Part shown: positions 1-8,017 of the stretch, one piece after another
Layout: the number at the start of each line of letters is the position of its first letter
How positions within the stretch are numbered: the first letter of the stretch is position 1
DNA from: a virus
IMG/VR virus record: IMGVR_UViG_3300025122_000012
Span: 12,207-76,206 of that record
Strand: one strand, 5' to 3'
Length of the DNA stretch: 64,000 bases
The notes under the pieces: generated by a model
What the model was told of the DNA's origin: nothing
Seen by the model: only the letters and a program-made list of their open reading frames with translations
Databases searched by the model: none
Position numbers and translations under genes: made by a program

Positions 1-120
1 CCGACAGAGACAACACTCGGTTGGCTGCTTCATCATCAGCGCAGCTTGTTCTGCCACCCGGCGCTGGGCTGCTTTGGCTGTCTTTCCTTTTTTGGTGACA
101 ACCTTGCGCAGCTTTTTCAC
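1..120 (-). CDS. Hypothetical basic protein, 5' part only (runs off window)
   Basis: GTG at 120 overlaps the dUTPase stop (GTGA); reads KKLRKVVTKKGKTAKAAQRRVAEQAALMMKQPTECCLCR with no stop. Confidence 0.55.
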   Translation of the reverse strand, partial: MKKLRKVVTKKGKTAKAAQRRVAEQAALMMKQPTECCLCR

Positions 121-581
121 TTTCCGGTCGACCCAAGCGCACCGTCGCCTCGGTCAGAAATGGTAATAGGATACCATTCATAAATGTCGGGCGACGCGGA
201 GGCCACAAATCGTGCATGCACGACAGGCACCACTACGGCCTGAGCTATCTTATCGCCCGGTGACAACATCTGGCTGATGGTGCCTACGTTATGGAGGTTC
301 ACAAAGACCTCCCCCTCGTAACCACTGTCTACCACAGAGGCGCCGACAAGCAGGTGCTGCTTCGCTGCCATACTTGAGCGATTCTTAATCTCTAGCATAT
401 AGCCATGAGGAATAGCAAACTTACACCCCGTAGGTAGTACTTTGCTTTCTCCAGGCTCAATCCGCACGCCGCGGACCGATGCATCTTCTGGACTCCACCT
501 TAGGTCGAGCCCTGCGTCGCTCGGGTTAGAGCGAACCGGTGCGTGCACATTGCCGTGCACCATATAGTATTGTAATATCAT
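117..581 (-). CDS. dut: Trimeric dUTPase
   Basis: Motifs DAGLDL, NRSS, VVDSGYEGE, KIAQ, RGDGALGSTG. Confidence 0.95.
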   Translation of the reverse strand: MILQYYMVHGNVHAPVRSNPSDAGLDLRWSPEDASVRGVRIEPGESKVLPTGCKFAIPHGYMLEIKNRSSMAAKQHLLVGASVVDSGYEGEVFVNLHNVGTISQMLSPGDKIAQAVVVPVVHARFVASASPDIYEWYPITISDRGDGALGSTGK

Positions 582-724
582 TTTCCTTGTCCTCGATAGG
601 GCTTCTTGTACCGCTTGTTCCCCCCGTGGGGGCCCGGGTGACTAGTCTTTGTAAACTTACTGTGCCCGATACTAGTCTTCTTTTTCTTCGTCTCACGTTT
701 TCGTGCGGCGTTCTTCTTAGCCAT
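578..724 (-). CDS. Small basic protein (48 aa), not in ORF track
   Basis: MAKKNAARKRETKKKKTSIGHSKFTKTSHPGPHGGNKRYKKPYRGQGK; SD-like GAAGGTGA upstream; stop overlaps the dut start (ATGA). Confidence 0.75.
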   Translation of the reverse strand: MAKKNAARKRETKKKKTSIGHSKFTKTSHPGPHGGNKRYKKPYRGQGK

Positions 725-1601
725 TTGTTTCACCTTCAATTCTTTCCATCATTTGATCATACATCTTTTTACGAAGTTCGCACCCCCTAAAGCTGCGACT
801 CGTATTGATCGCCGCCACAGCAGTGGTGCCGGCCCCTAAGAAAGGATCCACAATGAGATCCCCCTCATTAGAGTGTTTTATAATTAAATCTTCGCAGAGT
901 CCCAGGCTTTTTTGGGTAGGCATTATACGCCACTTCCCTCCCTGGATAGGGTAACGATAGACAGCGTTGTCGTACTTACTATTAAAAGTAGGGCTGCCTT
1001 TCTTCACCCCCAGCAATGCAATCTCTCGACAATTAGTGAGATAATTCCTACTGCTGTTAAGGGGCTGCGGGTTCGTCTTTACCCATTCAATAAATCTGAT
1101 CTGCTTAAACTTATGCCTCTCCATTATTTCTTTGAGATAGGAAATTTTCCAGATGTCAAAGAAGATGATGCACGTCCCCCCGGGCCTTAGAACGCGATAG
1201 AATTCTTTAACAAAGTCTTCCATCTCTTCCATTGTAAACTCGGAGTCCCACTTTCCGTAGTCAGTGCGCACCGCATACTTCTCGCCATAAATCGAACCAT
1301 ACTTAAGATAATTCTTTTTGGCGTTCCGCAGCGCTCCGAGTCGTTGTTTGCCGGGAGAATATCCCCCCGTTCGTGTCCACGTCTTCCACTCTTCGGCGGT
1401 CTTAAAGGCGCGCCACTCTGCTTCGGTACGCACCAGTGCGTGAGTCTTTTGCACGCTAGCACAATGGTCTACCCATCGATCCATCCCGCTGTCGCGCGAA
1501 GTAATGTAAGGAGGGTCGGTTAAAATCAAATCAACCGTCTTGTTGTTAATGGTTTGAAGGAAATCTAAGCCTTCGCAATTTTTGAGTTCGAAGTCGGTCA
1601 T
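717..1601 (-). CDS. DNA N4-cytosine/N6-adenine methyltransferase (beta class)
   Basis: ILTDPPY catalytic motif precedes PTQK and the DPFLGAGTT SAM-binding motif. Confidence 0.92.
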   Translation of the reverse strand: MTDFELKNCEGLDFLQTINNKTVDLILTDPPYITSRDSGMDRWVDHCASVQKTHALVRTEAEWRAFKTAEEWKTWTRTGGYSPGKQRLGALRNAKKNYLKYGSIYGEKYAVRTDYGKWDSEFTMEEMEDFVKEFYRVLRPGGTCIIFFDIWKISYLKEIMERHKFKQIRFIEWVKTNPQPLNSSRNYLTNCREIALLGVKKGSPTFNSKYDNAVYRYPIQGGKWRIMPTQKSLGLCEDLIIKHSNEGDLIVDPFLGAGTTAVAAINTSRSFRGCELRKKMYDQMMERIEGETNG

Positions 1602-2182
1602 CTATTCTGTCTTCTGAGGGGGTAAACTTGGATCCCGTGTTGTTTAATCTCTGTCATACAGAGTGTCGCGCTCAGCCGCGGGTCAGCCCTGTGCTTAGGG
1701 TCGTGATATGTTTTGTGCAGCTTCTTGGTTAGAACTTCGAGAACACAGTCGGCTGAGAGTTCCCAAATCTCTGCGATCTCAGACCCCTCAAACCGTGCGA
1801 TATAGTGAAAGGGATAACACCCAATCTTTTCGTTCTTCAAATACGCTAGCTGTTCGGCCCAGGTTGCCTTATTAGAGAGGCCCGAGTATAGCGCGGCGAT
1901 CCTCTTCTGGATAGTCGTTTTATATTCCGCCTCTATGCCGTCTGGCCTCGTTGCATCTGGGCCGGCTAGCTTAGGAGCCAACGTGTGGCCCAGAGTCAAT
2001 GCCATCAGAGCTTCCCTGCTCCGGGCATAACTGAAAATGTCGCCCAGTTTTAGCACCCCAGCAAAGTCCCCAAAGGTTTTAAAGAAAAGGATAAAGGCGT
2101 CCGCTCTTTGTTGGGGTGTCATATTCTCAACATACCCGGGCTCAGTCACGAGCTGTGAAACAAACCGTATTGAATTAATCAT
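1598..2182 (-). CDS. Putative PD-(D/E)XK restriction endonuclease (alternative start 2122)
   Basis: GPDA...EAEYKTT resembles a PD..ExK site; coupled to the methyltransferase by an ATGA overlap. Confidence 0.5.
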   Translation of the reverse strand: MINSIRFVSQLVTEPGYVENMTPQQRADAFILFFKTFGDFAGVLKLGDIFSYARSREALMALTLGHTLAPKLAGPDATRPDGIEAEYKTTIQKRIAALYSGLSNKATWAEQLAYLKNEKIGCYPFHYIARFEGSEIAEIWELSADCVLEVLTKKLHKTYHDPKHRADPRLSATLCMTEIKQHGIQVYPLRRQNR

Positions 2183-2188
2183 ATTCTT

Positions 2189-2217
2189 ATATTACCACTT
2201 TCTTCTGTAGCTGTCAA
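2189..2217 (-). promoter_or_regulatory. sigma70-type promoter, probably leaderless
   Basis: TTGACA-17-TAATAT-6-ATG(2182). Confidence 0.75.
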
Positions 2218-5200
2218 CCTAATAATCTCAAATTTCTTCGAATGGAGCGCGTGGAGAATCCCCACGCAGGGTCATAGTCGAGGCGTCCCATGTAGGGATG
2301 GTTCAAATGAATTCTGTCCTTCCCTTCTACTATACCCCAGCATCTAAACTTTGTCAACATCGAATTTGAATCTATTACAGATACAATCCAATAAACTTTG
2401 CCGTGTTTGGTTTTCTTTTTAATAACCTCACGAGGAATAAACCACACAAGTTGCAGCTCGGGATCATAATCAGAAATGGGAGGCACATAATAGGACTCCA
2501 ATCTATTCCGGACAGTCTCTGTCATCACCAAGTGCATCGGAAAGATGCCGGTGAGAGTGGTAAGATTATCAATCTCTTCCTCATTGGTGAACTCCCCTTC
2601 ATCCCGATAGGTTTCGATGTTCTCTAAAAACTTCTTCTTACTATACACGCGGTCAACAGCGACTGCTGACCAGTAGTGCTTGCGGCCGCTGAACCGTACG
2701 TCCATCAGGCTATTCATAGCCCCCGACCGCACTAGCACATCTAATGCTTTCTTGTTTAGCTTACTGTATACAATCTCATCGTGGAAAAGGAATTCCTCAA
2801 TGTCATTAAATGGACGGTTGGCTACAATTTGTTCAATGGCTGCATCCCCCAATCCCTTGAGGCCACTTAGCGGCTGGTAAAGGCGGTGCTCATCATTGGG
2901 ATCAATCTCCCAGACGAATGACGACGTGTTGATGTCTGCTTCCACAATCTCAAAGCCGTTCGACTTTGCAATATTGATGGCGCGCTCCTTGCGCTTCTCC
3001 GGCTCCTTATCAAGGAATGAAGCCATCCACTCCACTGGGTAGTAATTGTATAGCCATGCGCACTGGAATGAGATTGCCGAGTATGAAACTGCATGCGACT
3101 TATTGAAACCATAACCCGAGAAGTACTCGAACCTCTCCCACATATCCTCTGCTTCACTATGGCTGATGCCTTTCTCTACGCAACCGTCGACGAACTTAGT
3201 GCGGAGGGTTCTCTTAACTCTCGCTTCCTTCCCCGTCCCCTTCTTGGTGAGCACCTTCCTTAGTAAGTTTCCCTCATCTAGAGTTAGGTCCTTGCCTAAC
3301 TTGTGAGCAAGCAGAGCAATCTGCTCCTGGAAGATAAGGAACCCGTAGGTTTCCTTTGTAACCTCCCTCACGTGCTCATTAAGATAATCGATGTCACCGG
3401 GGTTCGCCTTGGCTTGAATGTATTGCTCGTGCACATTGGCCGATAGGGGGCCCGGTCGATAGATCGAAGTGATGGCAGAGAGATCAATCAACGACTTGGG
3501 CTTTGCGTTCGCACAGAACTCCTGTGCGCGCTGCTCCGTAAATTGAAAAATTCCCGCGAAGTTTCCCTTCTGAAAAACATTCCTATAAACGCTTGGATCC
3601 TTAAAATCTATCACGTCGGGATGGAGGTGTGTATTATAAAACTCTTTTACATCCTCGAACGTCGGCTCAGGGTGGTTGTGGTGTCGTTTCAAAATATGTC
3701 GAATCGCACCCTCAATCATTCGAAGTGTCGAGAGTCCCAGCAAGTCAAACTTAATAAACCCTAACGGCTCCAAGTGTCGAACGTGCTGCCCCTCGGCCCA
3801 CGGTGCCTGTCGCACGCCTCCCGAACTGATGATCGGCATGTGCTCGTTCAAGTTGTCGGCAATCAAGACGCCCCCCGCGTGACGGGAACAGGAGCGAACC
3901 TGTCCAACCAGCGCCTCGACGTGTGTCTTAATGTGCGGGTACTTTATTAGGTAGCCGCGCAAGGAGGGGGAGAGTTCCATAACTTCTTCCCACGTGGGAG
4001 CATACACTCCAGCCTTAATACCGTGCTTCATCTTCGCTGCGGGAGTTGCTTCCGCAATCATCGTTGACGTTACCTTATTAACTTCTCCAAACTCCACACC
4101 GTAAAACTTTGAAATATCCTTAATCAAAGACTTTAACTGAAGTGTGTTCCAGTTTGAAATTGGGATGACCGAGTTCTTTCCCCAGTCCTCCATCAGCATT
4201 TCCTTTAATTCCATCGGCTCTGCGACATCATAATCGATATCAGGATAGTCTGTGGCGTCCTTCCGCAAGAACCTCTCGAACAGTAGCCCATATTTAATGG
4301 GATCAATCTGTGTGATTCCCAGAGCGTACGCGACTAGGGAGCCCGCCGCGGAACCTCGGCCGGGGCCCGTCAACTGAGCAGCGTTAGCCTTGTCCGAAAT
4401 TGCTTTCATCGTCAAAAAGTATTTACTAAATCCTCGGTCCTCGATAACGTCCAACTCCTGCTGGAGACGTTCAGCATACATATCATCTTCGTGTCGCATG
4501 AGGCCTCGCAGCCCCTCAAGCGCGTAGTGCACCAACGCCTCACTATCAGTGAACCCGGCCGGAACTACAAAGTCTGGAAGTTTAACAGTTGTGTTTGGTG
4601 TGAAGTCTTCGATTCTATTGAATGCAATATTGTGCGTTTCAGTAATTGAGTCCATTACAAGCTGATCATCATACTCAACCCCACAGGTCTTGGAGTAATA
4701 TTTATAGGAATCCCACATCTGGTTTCCGTTCTTAGGATACAACTCATATCCGATCTCTTCTACGCCGGCGGGCAGTTCTGTGTTATCCTCGGCCCAGGCG
4801 GGGGCTCCCTTCCCAAGCCAACCAAGTCGCTTGTACAACTCGCGGTCCTTCCAAGCATCACCATTGGGGTAGTGACTATCAGCTGTGGAAATAAGTGTAA
4901 CCCCAAATTCCTCGCACACTTCGATGATGTATTGATTGAGTTCGTGTTGTTCTGCAATGTTGTTCCACTGCAGTTCTCCGTACCAGCGGTCTCCGAAGAT
5001 GTCCACAAAGCGCCGGGTAGTTTCCCTCATTGCTTCCCTCACAGCATCGGGCCCTTCCTCTCGGTTAGCCCAGTAGTTTCCAGCGTAAGGTCCGCCCAAG
5101 CATGCCGACGCGGCGATCACCCCTTCGGAGTGACGGTCAAGCATATCATAATCCACACGCGGGTAACGGTAGAAGTTCTCTTCCTTATAAGACTCCGACA

Positions 5201-5654
5201 CAATCTTAAAGAGATTATTTAATCCGGTCTGGTTTTGTGCCAGCAGAATCAAATGTCGTCGACGATTGATCACAGACTTGATGGCCTTCTTAGAAGCCTC
5301 TTCGTCCTCAACAGTCGCGCCAGAAGTGTCCCCTTCTTTTGCCAATGATTTCGCCTGCTTGGCGTCTTCCTTGATGCGATTGTAATCATCACGCCATTCG
5401 TCAATGGACGGAAGGAAGTATGCTTCTACTCCGAAGATGGGCTTAAATTCCTTCCCCTCAGACTTCATCTTCTGCCAGTGTAAAAATTGGTGCGAGAACC
5501 CATTCATGTTCCCGTGGTCTGTGAGGGCAAGTGCTTCGCCCCCGTTCTCATAGCAAAAATCCATATGCTCATCTGGATATCCGATGGCATCAAAAATTGA
5601 GCCGGCTACGCTGTGTGCATGCAGGCCTACGAAAGGAATCTTTTTCTCGCTCAT
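2214..5654 (-). CDS. dnaE: DNA polymerase III alpha subunit
   Basis: PHP domain (LHAHS, LTDHG, GVEAY, ADSHY); GPGRGSAAGSLVAY; PDIDYD; HAGGV; KFDLLGL; YGFNKSHA. Confidence 0.97.
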   Translation of the reverse strand: MSEKKIPFVGLHAHSVAGSIFDAIGYPDEHMDFCYENGGEALALTDHGNMNGFSHQFLHWQKMKSEGKEFKPIFGVEAYFLPSIDEWRDDYNRIKEDAKQAKSLAKEGDTSGATVEDEEASKKAIKSVINRRRHLILLAQNQTGLNNLFKIVSESYKEENFYRYPRVDYDMLDRHSEGVIAASACLGGPYAGNYWANREEGPDAVREAMRETTRRFVDIFGDRWYGELQWNNIAEQHELNQYIIEVCEEFGVTLISTADSHYPNGDAWKDRELYKRLGWLGKGAPAWAEDNTELPAGVEEIGYELYPKNGNQMWDSYKYYSKTCGVEYDDQLVMDSITETHNIAFNRIEDFTPNTTVKLPDFVVPAGFTDSEALVHYALEGLRGLMRHEDDMYAERLQQELDVIEDRGFSKYFLTMKAISDKANAAQLTGPGRGSAAGSLVAYALGITQIDPIKYGLLFERFLRKDATDYPDIDYDVAEPMELKEMLMEDWGKNSVIPISNWNTLQLKSLIKDISKFYGVEFGEVNKVTSTMIAEATPAAKMKHGIKAGVYAPTWEEVMELSPSLRGYLIKYPHIKTHVEALVGQVRSCSRHAGGVLIADNLNEHMPIISSGGVRQAPWAEGQHVRHLEPLGFIKFDLLGLSTLRMIEGAIRHILKRHHNHPEPTFEDVKEFYNTHLHPDVIDFKDPSVYRNVFQKGNFAGIFQFTEQRAQEFCANAKPKSLIDLSAITSIYRPGPLSANVHEQYIQAKANPGDIDYLNEHVREVTKETYGFLIFQEQIALLAHKLGKDLTLDEGNLLRKVLTKKGTGKEARVKRTLRTKFVDGCVEKGISHSEAEDMWERFEYFSGYGFNKSHAVSYSAISFQCAWLYNYYPVEWMASFLDKEPEKRKERAINIAKSNGFEIVEADINTSSFVWEIDPNDEHRLYQPLSGLKGLGDAAIEQIVANRPFNDIEEFLFHDEIVYSKLNKKALDVLVRSGAMNSLMDVRFSGRKHYWSAVAVDRVYSKKKFLENIETYRDEGEFTNEEEIDNLTTLTGIFPMHLVMTETVRNRLESYYVPPISDYDPELQLVWFIPREVIKKKTKHGKVYWIVSVIDSNSMLTKFRCWGIVEGKDRIHLNHPYMGRLDYDPAWGFSTRSIRRNLRLLG

Positions 5655-6505
5655 TTGTTTCTCCCTCTATACATAGTGTTTGTGTTCGGACGTTTGGTTT
5701 TCTGCCCAAGTTCCGATGATATAAATTTAACATATCCAGCCCACGAAGTCAAGTCATAAAACTCTTTTAACTCTTGAGTGGTGCCCTCCGGGCCGCCTCC
5801 AAAAACATCTTGCAGCCCGTACTCTAAAGAGAGGTGTCGCTCATCGATGGGCAGCAACTCCGAGGGCATCTCCCCGGGGGGAGGGGCCTTGTAGTAAGAA
5901 GCATTCGTGGTGATAGTATGCTTCGCGCGGCGCCACTCGTCGGCGTCCATTACGAAACTCAAGGGAAGGCCATCTTTTACTGTCTTGCCCTTGTGAGAAA
6001 AATAAAAAGGAACGTTCTTGCGTAATACAGAGCGACTAGCCAACACTTCCTTGGGGTCCATCATCCCCAACGGAAAAGAAACATAATAATGGTGTGGCTG
6101 GGTCCACCGCGAAAACTTTGTTTGAATCCAGTAGGCCACGTTGGCGCCATAAATCGCAGACCACGCATAGTTGTCTACCTTGCCTCGATGTTTAGGGTGG
6201 ATAGGAACGTAGTAAATAGGAACTTCTATATGCTTGGTATTCCCAAACATAGCAAACACGCCTCTTTGAATACTGTCAATGTCTGTGGCATACACGCCAA
6301 GCCTATGGCGCAATAGTGGTGCCACATCATCGTTCGCCACAATCCATATGGAGGTACACCCGGCGTGTAAGCACTCATAGACAGTGGCTTCTAGTGCAGT
6401 ATAGTTGGGAGCCACCGGTACAAGGGAGGAATCCCATTCCATCCCAAACTCTGTCTGCATCCCAGCTACCGGGATGATAGCAGGCATATTAAGTTTCTTA
6501 GCCAT
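5651..6505 (-). CDS. Divergent nucleotidyltransferase-like (NTP_transferase fold) protein
   Basis: N-terminal AIIPVAG and ECLHAGCTSIWIV resemble the sugar-phosphate nucleotidyltransferase N-terminus; canonical G.GTR loop absent. Confidence 0.5.
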   Translation of the reverse strand: MAKKLNMPAIIPVAGMQTEFGMEWDSSLVPVAPNYTALEATVYECLHAGCTSIWIVANDDVAPLLRHRLGVYATDIDSIQRGVFAMFGNTKHIEVPIYYVPIHPKHRGKVDNYAWSAIYGANVAYWIQTKFSRWTQPHHYYVSFPLGMMDPKEVLASRSVLRKNVPFYFSHKGKTVKDGLPLSFVMDADEWRRAKHTITTNASYYKAPPPGEMPSELLPIDERHLSLEYGLQDVFGGGPEGTTQELKEFYDLTSWAGYVKFISSELGQKTKRPNTNTMYRGRNK

Positions 6506-7226
6506 ACAAAACAATCCGCGGGTCTAGCTCGCCCACTATCTCAAAATAAAAATCCCTTTTAATGGCCTGCCGCTCTGCGTGTCGCACCTTAAGAGGAAGC
6601 CCATTTTCTGTTTGAATGTTATGTTCTTTTAGCTTACGCTCAAGCTTGATTCTCACTATGGTCTCCGAAAAATCAAAACTCCTCAAGTCACAGTCGCTAA
6701 TACAACTGCGTACAATAATATCTTTAAATTCGCCGTGATGATTCTGGTCTATTCGATTGGAGGGAACAAATTTAATACTTTGAAGCAACTCCTCATTGCA
6801 AAGGAGGGTAAAGTCCTCTCCCAGTCGCGACCCCTGTGTTACATCAAACAAGTCATACACCAGATGATCTTTGATGATCTCTTCTACTTCAAGGGTTTCA
6901 AAATTGTCGGTGTCAAAAATATGTAACGTTTTAAAGTCAATAAGAACCTTTGTATTTCCCTCGGTTATAATTTTTAGGTCTCCATCCTCGAAGGCAATCG
7001 TTCGAACTTCAAACGGAACCGGCAAGCGGGCGTTCATTCCTAAATCATAAATGCTATCTAACCATTTGCTTTTAACATCTTGGTGGCCCACCAGATAATG
7101 AAAAGGTCGTTGTTCGCTGTTGACAATCAGGTGGTAGCAATTTGCGCGAGCAAATTCCACGGCCTCTTCGCGCCAGCCAATAACAACGTCCGAAAATTTA
7201 AAGCGAATAGGAGACAAGAAGGTCAT
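6498..7226 (-). CDS. Hypothetical protein, possible degenerate Rossmann-type N-terminus
   Basis: 242-aa ORF with DVVIG near the N-terminus; has its own promoter. Confidence 0.6.
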   Translation of the reverse strand: MTFLSPIRFKFSDVVIGWREEAVEFARANCYHLIVNSEQRPFHYLVGHQDVKSKWLDSIYDLGMNARLPVPFEVRTIAFEDGDLKIITEGNTKVLIDFKTLHIFDTDNFETLEVEEIIKDHLVYDLFDVTQGSRLGEDFTLLCNEELLQSIKFVPSNRIDQNHHGEFKDIIVRSCISDCDLRSFDFSETIVRIKLERKLKEHNIQTENGLPLKVRHAERQAIKRDFYFEIVGELDPRIVLYG

Positions 7227-7232
7227 AGTGTC

Positions 7233-7261
7233 ATTCTAGCACCCAATGACTCCCAAGTCAA
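7233..7261 (-). promoter_or_regulatory. sigma70-type promoter (extended -10), probably leaderless
   Basis: TTGACT-17-TAGAAT-6-ATG(7226), with TG one base upstream of the -10. Confidence 0.78.
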
Positions 7262-7266
7262 GAAAT

Positions 7267-7542
7267 TTATTTCGCCAAAATACCGATTACGTGGTTTTCC
7301 TTGATGACGGTGAAGGTCTCGCCGTTGTGCTGGATATCGCGGAGCATTTGTGCTTCCACAATAATCTGCAATCCGGTGCTCCATATGGTTCCGTTCTCGC
7401 CCGAGCAGTTGACTACTTCAACCACCGCAAATGGGCTTTCTACTGCGCGGTAATCCTGGGGCAAGAGAATTGCACTCTCTTCTGTGCCTGTGTCTTCTAC
7501 AGTCTTCACGTAGAGGTAGTTATTGACTGGTGTAAAATTCAT
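7267..7542 (-). CDS. groES: GroES/Cpn10-like co-chaperonin (start corrected to 7542)
   Basis: MNFTPVNNYLYVK, mobile loop ESAILLP, C-terminal GETFTVIKENHVIGIL; 91 aa; SD AAGGA. Confidence 0.8.
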   Translation of the reverse strand: MNFTPVNNYLYVKTVEDTGTEESAILLPQDYRAVESPFAVVEVVNCSGENGTIWSTGLQIIVEAQMLRDIQHNGETFTVIKENHVIGILAK

Positions 7543-7567
7543 TTTGTTCCTTTCTGTTTTTGTTTTT

Positions 7568-8017
7568 TTAATCTGTTCTATATAAAACGCGATATAGGGA
7601 CTGATAGTTAAATTCTTCGCCGCGGCGAGATCTAAAATTGAGTTCATTGAGCCTGAGAACTTGCGCTGCAACGGTGTTGTACCCTTCATTCTTCAACTTT
7701 TCACTAACAGCTTTAATATGAAAGTTAAATTTCTCGGCATTTGATTGTCTAACGGCAATAGCCTTAGCGCCTTGCTCAGCATAGAGATTGGGATTGCCAA
7801 ACTTCAAATCGGGGTCCTCTTCTCTGCGGCGGCGAAATGACTCCTTAACAAGTGCTGATGTAGTCATGTTTTTGTTTCTGTGGTGTGCGTACGCGTGACA
7901 TATCCCGCAAAGCGGCACTGTTTGAGTGCCCGAGCGGCTGCGGGGCACTACGTGATGGCGGTGTAACTCGGTGCCTTTGTACCCGCACTCAAAACATTGG
8001 TTGTCTACTATCCGCAC
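7568..8017 (-). CDS. HNH endonuclease with C-terminal HTH-like DNA-binding segment
   Basis: CFECG, HRHHVVPRSRSG, VPLCGICHAYAH; C-terminal LNELNFRSRRGEEFNYQSLYRVL. Confidence 0.85.
   Translation of the reverse strand: MRIVDNQCFECGYKGTELHRHHVVPRSRSGTQTVPLCGICHAYAHHRNKNMTTSALVKESFRRRREEDPDLKFGNPNLYAEQGAKAIAVRQSNAEKFNFHIKAVSEKLKNEGYNTVAAQVLRLNELNFRSRRGEEFNYQSLYRVLYRTD

Noticed and set aside
7543-7689. N-terminal extension of GroES
   Set aside because: Overlaps the HNH gene; the GroES pattern and SD indicate a start at 7542
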